Shown here: piece after piece, positions 24,330 to 37,984 of the stretch | How positions within the stretch are numbered: the first letter of the stretch is position 1 | Layout of the letters: each line of letters opens with the position of its first letter | Assembly (NCBI RefSeq): GCF_006345805.1 | Contig: NC_043010.1 | Span: 37,076,001 to 37,140,000 of the forward strand | Length of the DNA stretch: 64,000 nucleotides | Origin: Octopus sinensis | Taxonomy: Eukaryota | Direction: 5' to 3' | The notes under the pieces: model-generated | Told to the model about the DNA's origin: nothing | Databases searched by the model: none | What the model saw: only the letters and a program-made list of their open reading frames with translations | Made by a program: the position numbers and the translations under genes

Positions 24330-24925
24330 TTAACCCATTAACATTCAAATTAGTCTGCCAAATGTTATGCTTATTTATTACTTCCGCCTTCGGCAAGGCA
24401 GAGGTATGGTTTTTAGTCCTGTTTGTTTGTTTGTCAATGGACAAGATATCTCAAGAACCGCTGGATAGATTCAGATGAAACTTTCAGAGATGGTTGGCCT
24501 CACGACTGGCACAAACTGATTAGATTTTGGGATCAATCCAGTACCGCACAAAGATTCTGGATTATTTTTCTTGTATTTTTACTTAATTTTTGAGAGCGTT
24601 CCAGTTCATTTTTAGTATCCTCATTTGTGAGAGCAGTCGAGTTTATTTCAGATATTCTCATTTTAAAAATCATCCCCAGCTAATTGTTGAGAGACGTTAG
24701 TGTTGCCTTGGTGGAGGGTTGCACTCTTTGAGTGCTCGTTCACAATGTTTTCAGTTTAATCAATCATGCATTATCTCATAGCTATGAGATTTCGATGATA
24801 TGATGATGTGTCATATTTAGAATGACATTGTAGGGTAGTGTGAGAGGCCAGGTATAGTTAATTTGAAAATAAAACAGGCAGACTATTTAGGCCAGATATG
24901 GCCAGTTGAAATGCTAAAGGATTAA
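24330..24925 (+). mobile_element. TTAA MITE family G, interrupted by a HINE
   Basis: TTAA at 24330 and 24922 with TIR-like ends CCCATTAACATT / AATGCTAAAGGA. Removing 24376-24740 restores colinearity with the 33465 copy. Confidence 0.75.
24376..24740 (+). mobile_element. Helentron-associated non-autonomous element (HINE/DINE-1-like)
   Basis: 5' ACTTCCGCC..GGCAGAGGT inverted repeat, (GTTT)n tract, 3' subterminal GGTGGAGG, then a GCACTC-TTT-GAGTGC hairpin (24721-24735). It sits at a TT site with no TSD. Confidence 0.7.
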
Positions 24926-26553
24926 TGAGGCAGGTGTTGTATAGGGAAGGGATGAGGCATGAATGTCATATTTTAGAAAAGGGGGGGGAAAAAATGGGGT
25001 TTAGGACCTTCAAAACTTTCCCAAACATACATGCTATGTAAGGAAAGATAAGTGTTGTGGGAGGATCCTGAACACCCCCACTTGACTGAAAGTGGACTAA
25101 AGGATTTAAATGAATAAAAGAATATGTGAACTGTCAGGCAGTTGACAGTATTGATCCACGGTATTGGTTACTGTGTTTTTGCAACATATGTTGGTTTAAT
25201 ATTGCGGCTAAATTTGAGTAGTATGAAGTATGTTCTGTGTGAACATAATAATTCTGTGATAGGTTATTCTAGATAACCACATTCCAAAATACTTATTTGG
25301 GTAATACTATTTTACACCTGACGTGTACATGCATGTCATAACAATAAGTGAAATGGTTTGTATTCAGGAATTGAAAGTGCTCCATTGCAATCTCAGCTTA
25401 CCAAGTGGAAGTATTAGGAATGATACAGTCTGACAAATAAAAAACAGAGATGTAGTATTATTATCTGTGATGTTCAGGTGTTGGGTTACTGACCATATGG
25501 TTACGGGTTCAAACTCTCGTCACTAAACCCAGGTTTGTGTTGGCTGTGTGGTAAGAAGTTTGCTTCCCAACCACATGGTTCCAGGTTCCGTTCCACTGCA
25601 TGAAACTTTGGCCAAGTGTTTTTTACTATAGTTCCTTTCCTGGTACATCTTTCCACATTTTTCAACATTACTAGTACCCAACTGTTGTCTATACAATAAC
25701 ATGTTACAACATGCACACACACACACACACACCCACATGATGGGCTTCCAGATTCCACCTACCAAATTTCTCTCACAATGCATATTACTCAATGTGTAGC
25801 TTTGGTAGAAGACACTTTCTCCAGGGGAGCCACACAGTGGGACTGGATACAAAACCATGACTTTGCAAACCAAACTTCTTAATCATACAACCATGCCTGT
25901 GTGTGTGTGTGTGTGTTCATATGTATAACCTAAAATTTTGCTTAGACATTGTTAACTATTTCTTTTCCTTGAAGCTCTGTAATGTTGGGAAGGTGGTGAC
26001 ATGCGCAGACCTGATGGGATGGAAGCACATAGTCATCAAACTGAACCACACACAGGCAGTTTTGAATAATCGGGTGATGTTTTTATTTTCCTTGGGCATG
26101 ATCAGACAGCTGTCATATATATTTCCCCACTATAGAAAGCTCTGTAGTTGCATTCCACCACATTTCTATCTCATACTGTTTCTCAGCAAGATTTATCATG
26201 ACTATTTTAAACTTTTGCCCATCACTGGTTTATTTAGATACCAACCACTCAAGATTTCAACACCTAATATATATATATATATTAACATTATGTGATTACA
26301 TGATTAGCTGTCTTTAGTTCAACGGTGACTGGTTGAGTTGAGTAGTTACCGGACCATCTGGATGTCTCATGAAGTTACTCGTAAATATTCCATTATTCCA
26401 CCACCACTCTAGTTTTTCTTTTTCTAAAGATTCATTTAATTGTAAAGACATAGTACTCACTTCCTTTTGAATTATTGAGCACTCTCAGTGATTAAATATC
26501 TGGCTTAGATGGACTAAAATTTTATTTCTTAGATTCATGTGTGGCCGGCCTAC

Positions 26554-26586
<33 letters not shown>

Positions 26587-27496
26587 CTTTGCATAAATCC
26601 ATTCTACTCTTCAGACATGTCTAAGCAGGAAAATAATGGCTTGGTAGGCAAACCCATTTACCTGTATTCTTTCTCCTCTGTTCCCACTGTCTACCAGCCC
26701 CCACCTTTGGCAAGTTTCCTTTCACAGTCATTAAGGTTACACATGTCCATTACAAACTGAAACTGTTCAAAGTAAAGCAACAAGCACAAACAAAACAACA
26801 ATGTAAGGAGAAAGGAAAAAAAAAAGAACAAAAAGATTTACCTTTCCCCTTGGTTACAAGCACACACACACCACTACCACCACCACACCACCACCAACAT
26901 CTTAATGAAACTTGAACCTCTTCTTTCTTGAAAGACAAATAGAAAAAAAATAATAATTAAGAGACATGTTTCCCTTTCTGTTTTTCTTTATTCCTAGCCC
27001 TCCTTACTTTCTTTCACTTAAAAACCAATATCCTTCTTGAAACACACACACACACTTATATACACTCAGGTAAACCCATAGAAGCATGTACATACACATC
27101 CCTACAAATGCACACATAAATACATACACTTATGCACATTAACAAATTTCAAACACCTGTAGATACATGTGCACACACAACCTTTCTAACCAAAAGCCTA
27201 TCCTTGTTATTATCATCATCATCATTATTGATTTTTCTTTATACAAACCTCTACTAGTTGTTTTATTCATTCATTGGTTTCAGCCACTGTGGCCATGCCT
27301 GGGCTACACCCTTCCAGGTATTTAAGTATATCATGTCAATCACTGTACTTATTGATCTCTAGTTATCAAATAGCTTGATTACTTTTCTGTACAAAGGAAG
27401 GCAACTCAACAGGCCATTTAACACCAGTACACTTTTATGTATGCAAACACACCCACACAAATATACAAATCTATGGGACAGAATCCAGAATGGGAT

Positions 27497-27669
27497 TCTG
27501 TCGCTACGTTCTGAGTTCAAATTCCGCCGAGGTCGACTTTACCTTTCATCCTTTCGGAGTCGATTAAATAAGTACCAGTTACGCATTCAGGTCGATATAA
27601 TTGACTTAATCCATTTGTCCTTGTTTGTCCCCTCTGTGTTTAGCCCCTTGTGGGGAGTAAAGAAATAAG
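27497..27669 (+). mobile_element. SINE family B, 5'-truncated
   Basis: CGTTCTGAGTTCAAATTCCGCCGAGGTCGAC...GTAAAGAAATAAG. Confidence 0.8.
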
Positions 27670-28502
27670 AATCCAGAATTGGACTGATCCAGTGTGGATC
27701 TCAGTCAAGATCAATTCAAAGGAATTATAATGATAAAAGTTAAATGCAGCTATCAAGTGTGTGTGTGTGTGTGTGTATGCTTGATAGCTGCATTCTACAC
27801 TCCTATTTTTCCATCTAAAACCTCCAGTGAACATCCTTCTAATTGATTTTTTTTTTGCTTTTTCCTTTTTTACTTTGAAATTTTTTATTTGCCTATATAT
27901 ATATATATATATCAAACAATGACAATGAGTGCTCAATACTGCACTGGTGGGTAAAAATTCTTTATTTGTGGATTAAGGCTACCATTGGTTTCATGTTAAG
28001 GAAGCCCTTAACAGTTATCAAACCTATCACAGGGAATATCAGTGTTCGTCTCCGTTTTGGATTAAATTTAAACCAAAATGGCAACAAACACAAATGTTCT
28101 CTGTGATAGGTTTGAAAATTGTTCAGAACATTTTTTTAACACAAAACAAATGGTAGCCTTGATCCACAAATAAAGTGTGTGTGTGTGTATATATGAGAGA
28201 GGTTTGACAAGGGTTCAATGTATCCAAGGACTGCACCCATGCTCTAATGCCTGATTTGTCATGGTTTTTACAGTTGAATGCCCTTCCCAATGCCATCCAC
28301 TTTACAGAGCGTACTGGGTGCTTTTTATGTGCCTCTGGCACTATTGAGGTTGCCATATATACATTGAGCTTCTTTCAGTTTCCCCTCTGTCAAATCCATT
28401 TTCAATGATTTCGTCAGCCTAGGGTTACAGTGGAAGGCACTTGCCTAGGGTGCCATTCAGTGGGATTGAACCCCAAAGTACATGGTTGGGAAACTAACTT
28501 CA

Positions 28503-28535
<33 letters not shown>

Positions 28536-31500
28536 TGTCTTAAATATGTTAGTTCAATATTGATTGTGCAGACTTATATCTAACACATTTAAGACCATAG
28601 GTTGAATTTCAAGGGGGATTTAGCTGCTATTTCCAGTGAATCAATCCATGATGTGGAACTTCCTTAAAAAAGCCTGTATATGTTTTTGTTTTTATGAAGT
28701 GAACTAATATGACATTTTGTCGTTTACTAGAAGTTGTCTAATTAGCAAGCAGGCAATTACATTAATTAATTTCAGGGATGGTGAAAATGGTCGTTAATTC
28801 CTTTCTCTTGGGTTTTTAACATATTAAGTGAAAGAAGAGTGATGTTTTAACAAAGTGAACCCTGGTCACCTGTTACTTAATATAATTATTCCACAATGCT
28901 CACCTCACACACACACACACACATGCATACATACATAGATGCTGCAAACTTTTCTAGGAAACATTCTCAAAAAGACAATCCCATCTTTTATTCAGACATA
29001 GTCACAGTCCATCTAGGATTACATTATGCATTATGTAATATGTCGTTGCAGTTTTTTTTGTTGTTTTTTTTTTATGAGATTTGGGTGTGATTTGATGTAA
29101 TTCTTTTCCAGGTCAGCTTTTATCAAGTAGACCGATGATCAAAGTATTCCAGTCATGACCATCCTTTCTTATTTTTAGATAACATACTCCCAGAACTGCA
29201 TTATTCAATGTGTCTTTCCTGTTTTTTTTTTTGTTGTTTTTTGAGGCGGTAAAATATTGTTTGAGAGGAATTGGGCTGCTATTTCTAACAGGTTAAATAT
29301 CTACATAATAGCTTACTCTTCTTTACCTTGAAATTTTATCATTGACCCAACCATTCTTGAAAGTAGGTGGTGTGTATCTGGCATGTTAGAGGGTATAATT
29401 TCATTTGCATGTTGTAGGGTCAGTCTTATTCCTTCAATTTTTGGGATGCGGAATTCTGTTAATGTGTGTAAACCTCACTATTAGTAACTCTTTTTTAATG
29501 CCATCAAAGAGCACAGCTGCCTTCTGCTTCACGGCAGTTTTTTCATTCACTGATACAAGACTTTTGTGCCATTTTATCTGTCAGAGTTCTTCCATTTCTC
29601 ATTGAAATCTATCCATCACAATATGTTGATTGATGATGATAAGCAGGATTGAAGAATGAAACTCTTTTGCCATCAGTCTCTGCCATGTTCTCTATTAATC
29701 TTAGTCTCATGTTTCCTGTGCTACACCTAAAATATTTCATTCACTTTTTTATGTTCAGATCCTCTTTGCCCTCTTTATTCCCTAAAAGTTATTCTCTTTA
29801 CCTCCACTCACACTCTTTCATCAGTCTCATTAACTCTCATCTCTTTATTTTTTGTATCCTTTCTCACTCTGGCATGCACAAACCTCTCTCTCTCTCCATC
29901 CTTTACCCCCTCTCTCATTTTATCATATTACCTCTCCACTTACCCTTGTCTGTCGAAGAGTTACTTTCTCTTTCATCTCTCTTACCCATGCTAGCTTTCT
30001 CGAAAATTATAAACAATTTATTAAAAATAACTTTTCCAATATTAAGAACGTAAATATTTAGATATTTGGAACATAAGTTAGTATGATATTTAGAGGGAAG
30101 ATTTTAATTTAAATTATTTCAAACCTGGAAGTTTATATTATCAGACCGAAAATTATCTTGGTTGGGTTGGCATCAAAAGGGTTAATCTCCTACCTAATTT
30201 AATTCTACCACTTGGCTCTTTAGCACAGCATTTATATACCTGTATTTGTCTGTGTTGTTCATATAGAAGTCTTCTTACTTCCAGACAATTAAGCCTGTCC
30301 TTTGCTTGAATGGCTTGTCAGATTTGGAGAATTCTTGATTGTTGAGATTATCTCATATGTGGTTGGTCATAATTGCCATTTCCTAATTTTCTCACATCAC
30401 CTTGAGATGGCTCCGTTATCTTTTACTTGTTTCAGTCATTAGAGTATGACCATGCTGGAGTAATGCTTTGGATAATTTTTTTATCCGAATGAATTACCCT
30501 CCTCCCCAGTATTTATTTTTAGACCCGGTACTTATTCTATCAGTCTCTTTTGCCAAACTGTTAAATTACAGGAGTATTAACACACCAGCACCAGTTTTCA
30601 AGCACTGGTAGGGGACAAACACAGACACAAAGACACACTCACACACACATATTGGGTCATCCTATAAATAATGCAGTTTTTGCATTTGCATGAACTAAAA
30701 GTTGGAGAGGGATGGGATAAACTACCTGCATCAACTTGCTATAAAAACAGGTAGTAATTTTACTTTGTACTTATTCTTAGTGCAAGTTTTCTGTCTGGTT
30801 GAAAATTATCAACTTCAAACCTCTAACTTTTTGAAAAAACTTTTTTTGGGAAAAACTGAAATATCTCTTGAGATTCAGCTTAGAAAACTACATTAATGTA
30901 CCAAATTTTAAAACCTTCACTAAACTTTGAATTTTCAAAAATTGACAGCCAAACTGAAAAGATCTGTTTTCTACTCTTTTGTTGCTAGAGGAAGGTTAGG
31001 ACAACTGTCATACAAATGATGTCTATTGAGGCAGAAGCACATATCCATAGCTGTCCACTTATCTCCAGAGAATAAAACCATCCTTTCTTTGATAGCATGA
31101 AAACTTTTGAAAAATTCTTGATTCTTGAGGTTATCTCCCTTTCTCATAAGGAGCCCTCTTCCCAAATGTCATCTAGTAATTGTGACACATCCTCTCAAGG
31201 TGGAGATAATCTTAACACATCAAGAATTTATGCTTTATATACTTGTCTGTATTTGCCTATGTATTTGTTCTGTGTTGCAATCTTTCAGAATAGGTCTCCA
31301 GTTTTGAGTTGTTGTCTTTCCAATTCCAAGTTCATAACTGAGTAGAGAAAAAATATATATATATACAAAAACAAACAAAAAAGGTCACAAGACTATACTC
31401 TTCCTGTCTGTGACTAAGATGGTTAAAGAATAAACATAAAGAAAAAAAACAAATAAGACAACATAAAGAGAACAACTTGTTTTCTGCAATTCAATTCATA

Positions 31501-33464
31501 AACATTTGTAGTGGTGATTTTGAAAGGAGGGCAGCAGAGGCGGTGTGGAGATGGGGGGGGGAGAAGTGAGAAAGGGGGAGGTGTGCGATGGCAGGGGTGG
31601 GGGTGGGGTGGATAGAGTATTCAGTAAAAGGAAAATCTCCAATTAGTATTTTCCTGCCTTTGTGTGTCATCATCATCATCATCATCATCATGATTATCAA
31701 CTACTCATGAAAATGTAATTATATAAATCAATGTCAACCAAGGGAGAGGCTATCTATCTTTACTTAGTTGAAGCTGTTCAGTGTGAATAGAGTCAGTTGT
31801 CTTTCTCTTTGCTGACTGCTAAATACTAAAATTATTCCTCCAGCCCAATCCTTTTCTTCTACTAATCCTAAATCTTTCCCTTTCATTCTCTCCTCCTCCT
31901 CTTTCCCTCCTTCCCCACCACAACATCACCACCATCACTACCAACCCCTTGTCTTTATTCCATCCTTTCTTTCCATCTCTCTTGCTTCCCCCACCTTCTC
32001 TCTTCTTGCCTGTGTATCAGAGGCAGAGATGGTTGGAGGGAATGGAGAAAGAGAGAGAGACAGAGACAGACAGGGACCCTCTCTTTTGCCCCCACCCCTT
32101 TCCATTAGCATTCCATCCTTCTTCCTTTCTTTCTCTCTTACCTCCTTTTTCCCCAGCTATGCATGCCCCTTTGTCTAGTCAGCCAGTAAACCAACCAGCC
32201 GGCCCTCCAGCCAGCCAGCCAGCCATCCAAGTTAGTCAGTAAATATTAGTTGTGCTTGTTCACTATCATTGATAACATTGTCTACATTGGTTGGCTGGCT
32301 GGCTGGTATGGTTGGTTGGTGATTTAGCACTTTCTGTGAACTCTGACTACATTAAATTTGTGTGTGCGTGCGCGCACAGGTCTTCTGTGTGTGTATGTGG
32401 CTTGTGTTTGTATGCAATCTGTGTGTGTGTGTGTTCTCTTTCCTTTTATTGTATAATAACATATTTGCAAATAACTCTCTCTGTCTCTCTTAGAAAATCT
32501 CTATCACAAAACTTAACCCCCCTAACACCTTAGCTGATCAAAAAAACCTTACTCACCATCATAATCTATCTCCTCAGCATCTTTGACATCATTTATCAAT
32601 GGTTCTCCCCACTCCGTCCCCCACGGTCATCCTAAACATCATCATCATTACCATCTTCATCATAATTTTCATCATCATCATGCTAATCAATTAATTTTTC
32701 ACTTTTCTCAATATAATTTATCATAGATGTTTTTCTCATCATCATCTCACTAATCATTCATTTTCATTGTTCTTGATATCAGAGATGGGTTTGTTTGTTT
32801 GTTTTTTTTGTCAAAATCGACATCATCATTATTGTAATTTTCATAATCTTCTTTATCATCGTAGCTTTCGTCGTCATTAACATCAGCATCATCACAAGCC
32901 ATTCACCAGCATCATCACCATCTCCTTCATTATCATTACCATTATCATTATCATCATCACCATCATCCTCAACAGATCACCACATCATTCTTACAATGTT
33001 GTAATAAACCCTTTAACAAAGCTGTTCAGCTTTCTGAAGGTGTCCAAATCTAGACTTTATTGGGTTTAACATGCCACCTTATTCCACAGCCATATTATTA
33101 TTATTATCATTATTATTATTATTATTGTATAGCTCTGATCTTTAGATGCTTTTAGCAGAGTTCAAACTCCTTGGCAACTATTCCAATCTTTTACACTTAC
33201 TTATTTCACAAAATCTCACTTAGATATTTCATATTGATTTTTTTTTATTTTCTGTATTTTCATTTATTTATTCTATCTCATTCTGGAACAAAAGGGGAAT
33301 GGAATGTAGGCAAAAATTCCTCTTCCTCTTCCTCCTTCATATCTTTTGAGTTTTTTTTTTTTTTGTTTTTTTCTTTTTTGTCCTACTTTCTCTTCATCCT
33401 CCTCCTCCTCTCTTTAAGCAAACCTTGAGTTCAAAATATTTATTGCAATTTAATTAATTATCAT

Positions 33465-33952
33465 TTAACTCTTTAGCATACAGATAACTCTCTGAAATCT
33501 CAAATGCTTTTTTATTCACACAGTTTTGAATTAATCATGTATTATCTCTTAGCTTTAAGATTTCATTGATGTGACTGCTTATTTCTCGAATGACATTGTA
33601 GGGTAGATGTGAGAGGCCAGATCTGGCTGGTAGGAACATAAAACGGGTAAAATATTTGGGCCAGTATTGTCAGTTTAAATCAGTGGTTCCCAAAGTGGGC
33701 AGTATTGGTTCCCTCCCCCCCCCCGGGTGTGGTGGAAAGTTCTAAAGAGGTGTTGAAGAAAAGTGGGGCAATAATGAGGCAGCGATTCATGTAAAAACAA
33801 CAAAATAATGGCTTGCTTAGGTTAAGTTTTATTTGTGAAATACAGTTGCTTTGAATTTGCTTCAGGAAGGGGTCTATGTTTGTGATGGTTAGCTGGAGTG
33901 GGGACACTAAGAATGTGGCCTTGGTAACCACTGGTTTAAATGCTAAAGGGTT
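33465..33952 (+). mobile_element. TTAA MITE family G, interrupted by a hAT MITE
   Basis: TTAACTCTTTAGCAT start and GCTAAAGGGTT end. Colinear with the 24330 copy. Confidence 0.75.
33681..33933. mobile_element. hAT-type MITE
   Basis: TIRs CAGTGGTTCCCAAAG / CCTTGGTAACCACTG and a perfect 8-bp TSD GTTTAAAT (33673 and 33934). Confidence 0.9.
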
Positions 33953-34994
33953 CTGGTTGTGAGCTGGCAAAATCATCAGCATTTCTCAAGGCTCTGAATT
34001 CGAATACCACCAAGGTCCACTTGATCTTTCTTTCTTTCAGGATTGATAAAATAAATGCTTTTTTCTTCTTTTTTCTTTCTTTCTTTCTTTTTTTTATCAT
34101 TGATTGACAGAATCCTTAGATTGTCAGACAGATTGGACAAAATTCCTTGTAGTATTTGTTACAATCCTTTACATTCCTAATCAATTTCAGGATTGATTAA
34201 TTAAAGTACCAGTCAAATATTGATGTTGATGTAATCAACTTCTCTCCTTCCTTAATAGTTGCAGAATTTATTCTGAATTTAAAATGATTTCTTTTCTTTT
34301 TTTTTTTTCTTCATTGATTAACAGAATCCTTAGAATATCAAATAAATCAGACAAAATGCCTTGCAGTATTTGTTACTGTCCTCATTCTGAATCCATTATG
34401 ATACCTATTCCGAGAGTAGTGGTTTAGCTAATTCATTTGAGCAGTATTTGTTCAGGCTCCTTATGTTTTCGGTTCAAATCCTGACCAAAGTTGATGTATG
34501 ATAATTGAACACCCCCCAACCCCCGCACCCACAAAACTTGTAACCTTGTGCTTCTGTTAGAAAATAATCATCATCATCCTTACTTTGTAACTCTGCCCCA
34601 ATTTGGATGTCAATGTCAAAATATTTCATCTCTAAAGATGAAGTAATTAGTCTGAAAAATTATAATCATATTAAGCTTTCATATTATTTAGGAATCCAAC
34701 GGAAGGATTTTGGTCCCATTTAACCATTGATTTCTTTAGATTAGGCATAGGATCATATGTTTGTTTTTATCTGGGTTAAGGAGGAGCAGTGTATATGCAT
34801 ATTAATATGTATATACACCTACACATGCACACCCGCACACATCAATGTCACCTTCCCCCTTCCACATGCACATACACACGCACGTGCACCTTCGTTTTGG
34901 GATCACCACTACTTTATTATCTCCCCTTCTTCCTAGCTCTCTTGTGTGACCCCTCTGTCCGGCATTCACCATGATAGATCACTAGCCACTATAC

Positions 34995-35160
34995 CTTTTT
35001 TTTATTTTCTCTCCCTGTTTATTTCTGTATTCCTTTCTGTCGAAGAGCGTAGGCTTGAAACGTAAAAGACTTTCTCACTTCCTGAGCGTTAAATTAATAC
35101 ATCTGTTTGTTGTTTACACACCCATCTTCATCGTTTGTTTTTTTTGTAGATTATCACTAT
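34995..35160 (+). mobile_element. Penelope-like non-autonomous tail carrying a hammerhead-like motif
   Basis: CTTT-CTGTCGA-A-GAGC-GTAG-GCTT-GAAA-CGTA-AAAG at 35033-35068. Colinear with 13451-13630(-) and ends in (TA)n. Confidence 0.6.
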
Positions 35161-35170
35161 ATATATATAT

Positions 35171-35215
<45 letters not shown>

Positions 35216-35956
35216 TTTGTATGGAGGGGCGTTTGTGTTTTATATAAAATAATACATAAAAATGATCACGTGTTAACTGAAAGAGCACTTAAGACATTTA
35301 AATAGAATATCAAGTTTAATTTTACAAGAAAAAATAACTTTAGTACCGAGCTTGGATTATATTATTTTCGTGGTGTTGTCCATGCATTACTGTGACCAAA
35401 TGAAGCAGAAACTAGTGATATGTTCTCCAATAGGTGAGATTTGAACACAGTATGGGCTATCAATGAAGACTGGACTAGACTCTATATATCTTCTTCCTTT
35501 TTTCTTTTGCATTACTCCCTTTCAAAGGGTGCTGCTTTTAAAGTGAAATTGTGTATGTGAGTGACTGATAGTGCGTGCGTGCGTGCATGCATACTGGAAG
35601 TGCTATAGTCTGTTATGGACAGAAGATATTGATGTGGCAGTATTGTACTCAAACCAATATGTTACTTCACCTGTCATGTGAGCTTCAGTGCCAAGATGGG
35701 ATTTTGGCTCTACTGTACTATGCTAGCCAATTAGCATGTTACCCATGTTACTGCAGACTGACATTCAATTCAGTTGGCCCCAGTATCTGACAGGTACTTT
35801 TTGTAACAACCCTGGATGGATAAAAGTCATTATTTTGTCTGAAGTTCGTCCGTTTCTGCCAATCCCTCATTCTACTTGACCAGTAGTTCTCAACAGAGGT
35901 CCACATGACCCTTGGCAAGGTCCATATGGGATTTTGCTATTAAAATTTATGTATTT

Positions 35957-36257
35957 GAGATGACCTGGCAAGCTAAGTGAGGTCGTAGCTATGGCCTATG
36001 CCAGTGTCACATAACCAGCCCATTTAAGAGTTCCCTTTAATCATTGGGCAATGTGCTGTGCTTGAGAAGAACTATTGTGGCATGTAAAAAGCACCCACTA
36101 CACTCTTGAAGTAGTTGACGTTAAGAAGGGCATCCAGCTGTAGAAACATTGCCAGATCAGATTGGAGCCTGGTGCAGCCTTCTGGCTTACCAGTCCTCAG
36201 TTAAACCGTCCAACCCATGCCAACGTGGAAAATGGATGTTAAACAATGATGATAATG
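35957..36257 (+). mobile_element. RTE-type 3' region (family C)
   Basis: AAAAAGCACCCACTACACTC...CCCATGCCAACGTGGAAAATGGATGTTAAACAATGATGAT. Confidence 0.7.
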
Positions 36258-37555
36258 TGCAGTAAGTTGGTTATACTTTTACAGTACACAAAATATTTTA
36301 ACAATTTTTTATACAATTCCAGTGTGTGTGTAAAATAATAAGGCACTAAAAGAGAATGACTCTCCCCAGACACAATAATATTTAATTATATGAATATGAT
36401 AGGATTTTTTTAAACATCAATAAAATAAGAATAAAGGGGTCTATAGGTAAAAAATGATTAACAATTACTGTACTAAGACAGACTAAATACTAGAAGGTAC
36501 TTCCGGACTACCCCTGTTAGTTTCTACCAACTCATTTCCTTTCTGAAAGAACTATGAGAGATTAAGGAACACAGCACAAAAGGATTTTCATAATATGAAC
36601 TGAAGAAAAAAAAGATCTTTAGCTTTGTTGTTATTGCTTTTTTTGTTTTACTTTCATTTTATTTTATATTTGTTATATTTCATTGATATTTATTGACTGT
36701 GATGGTGATGTAAACATCATCTCTTAGAGGGCTTCAGACAAATTGATAGGTGGTGGTGGTGCTGCAGATGGTCAGGGTGGTTGCAGTGGTAGTGGTGGTG
36801 GTGGTTTTGCTGCTGCTGCTGCTGCTGCTGCTGCAGAGGAAATGAAGAGTGAGGATTAGGCCTAAGTCCCTGGCGTAGTGGGCAGAGGAGAATGTCTAAG
36901 GAAGGTGTTGCCTCCTGAGATATTTTATTAATTTGTTTATCTGTTACTTCTTTCTTGTCTTTCTTTTTGAAGTATGTAATCTAATTGCAGTGGAAGAACA
37001 ACAAGAAGTGTCATCAAACGGCTCCTTACTTGCAAGGGGATGGGGCGAGAGAGAGAACGAGAGAGGGAGGAGGAGGGGGGGAGCGGGAGATCAATAGGCT
37101 TTCTCTAAATGACTAAACATTACAGACATGACACAGACCGACAGACAGGCCAGCAGACAAGCAATGTGTGATGAGTGGAAAAAGTGTGTTGTGTTGGAGC
37201 AGAATGGCTAGGCTGGAGGTGGTGGTGGGGATGTTGGTGATTGTGGTACAACACTAGATTTATACTAGAGTAGAACCAGGCAGAAGTGAGTGAACTGAGG
37301 TGGAGGGCACGGGGGGGGGGCAAAGGTATGGGGCAGGATGTTAAATGGTATGCTGCTATAAAGAACAATGAACCAAACAAAAAGGGCTTAGAACTTTTCT
37401 CACCTTTGCCACCCTACCTTCCCTCACACTTCTACACATACTTTTGTTTTGATTTTAGCCTCTTTAGTTTTCATGGTTATTGATATTATTATTATTATTA
37501 TCCTCATCATCATCATCACCATCATCATCATCATTATTATTATCATTATTATTGT

Positions 37556-37975
37556 AAGGCGGTGAGCTGGCATGGTCATTGGTGTGCTGGATGAGATGCT
37601 TGGCAGTATCATGCCCATCGCTACGTTCTGAGTTCAAATTCCACGGAGGTCGACTTTACCTTTCAGCCTCTCGGGGTCGATAAAATAAGAACCAGTTGAA
37701 CACTGAGGTCAATGTAACTGACTCGTCCCTTCCCCCAAAATTTGTTGCCCTTGTGATAAAAATTTGAAATTATCATTATTATTATATTTCATATGTCACT
37801 GCATTCTGAGTTCAAATTCCACTGAGATTGATTTTACCTTTCATCCTTTCAGGGTCAATAAATTAACCAGTGAAACTCTAGGGTCAATGTAATCAACTAG
37901 TCCCTTCCCCACAAAATTCAGGCCTTGTGCCTTTAGTAGAAAGGATTATTATTATTATTATTATTATTATTATTG
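37556..37975 (+). mobile_element. Two tandem family B2 SINEs with (ATT)n tails
   Basis: AAGGCGGTGAGCTGGC head and two GAGTTCAAATTCC boxes. The second unit ends AGTAGAAAGG(ATT)n. Confidence 0.75.
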
Positions 37976-37984
37976 CTACTGTTG

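Noticed and set aside
29400-29720. Minus-strand broken frame (VLFDGIKKELLIVRFTHINRIPHPKN*RNKTDPTT) resembling a LINE region
   Set aside because: There are multiple stops and no diagnostic motif, so it is too weak to call without a profile search.
29950-29960. CTGTCGAAGAG, a third occurrence of the variant hammerhead core
   Set aside because: The sequence diverges straight afterwards, with no stem II or GAAA, so it is at most a truncated remnant.
34090-34395. Local diverged duplication of about 90 bp (CATTGATT.ACAGAATCCTTAGA...GTATTTGTTAC)
   Set aside because: Both units look like decayed family B SINE heads, so this is ordinary repeat debris.
36717-36980. Minus-strand frame of about 88 codons with polyQ/polyH after an acceptor-like TAG
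   Set aside because: It is kept open by (CTG)n and (GTG)n trinucleotide repeats, which are common throughout the window, and has no recognisable domain.
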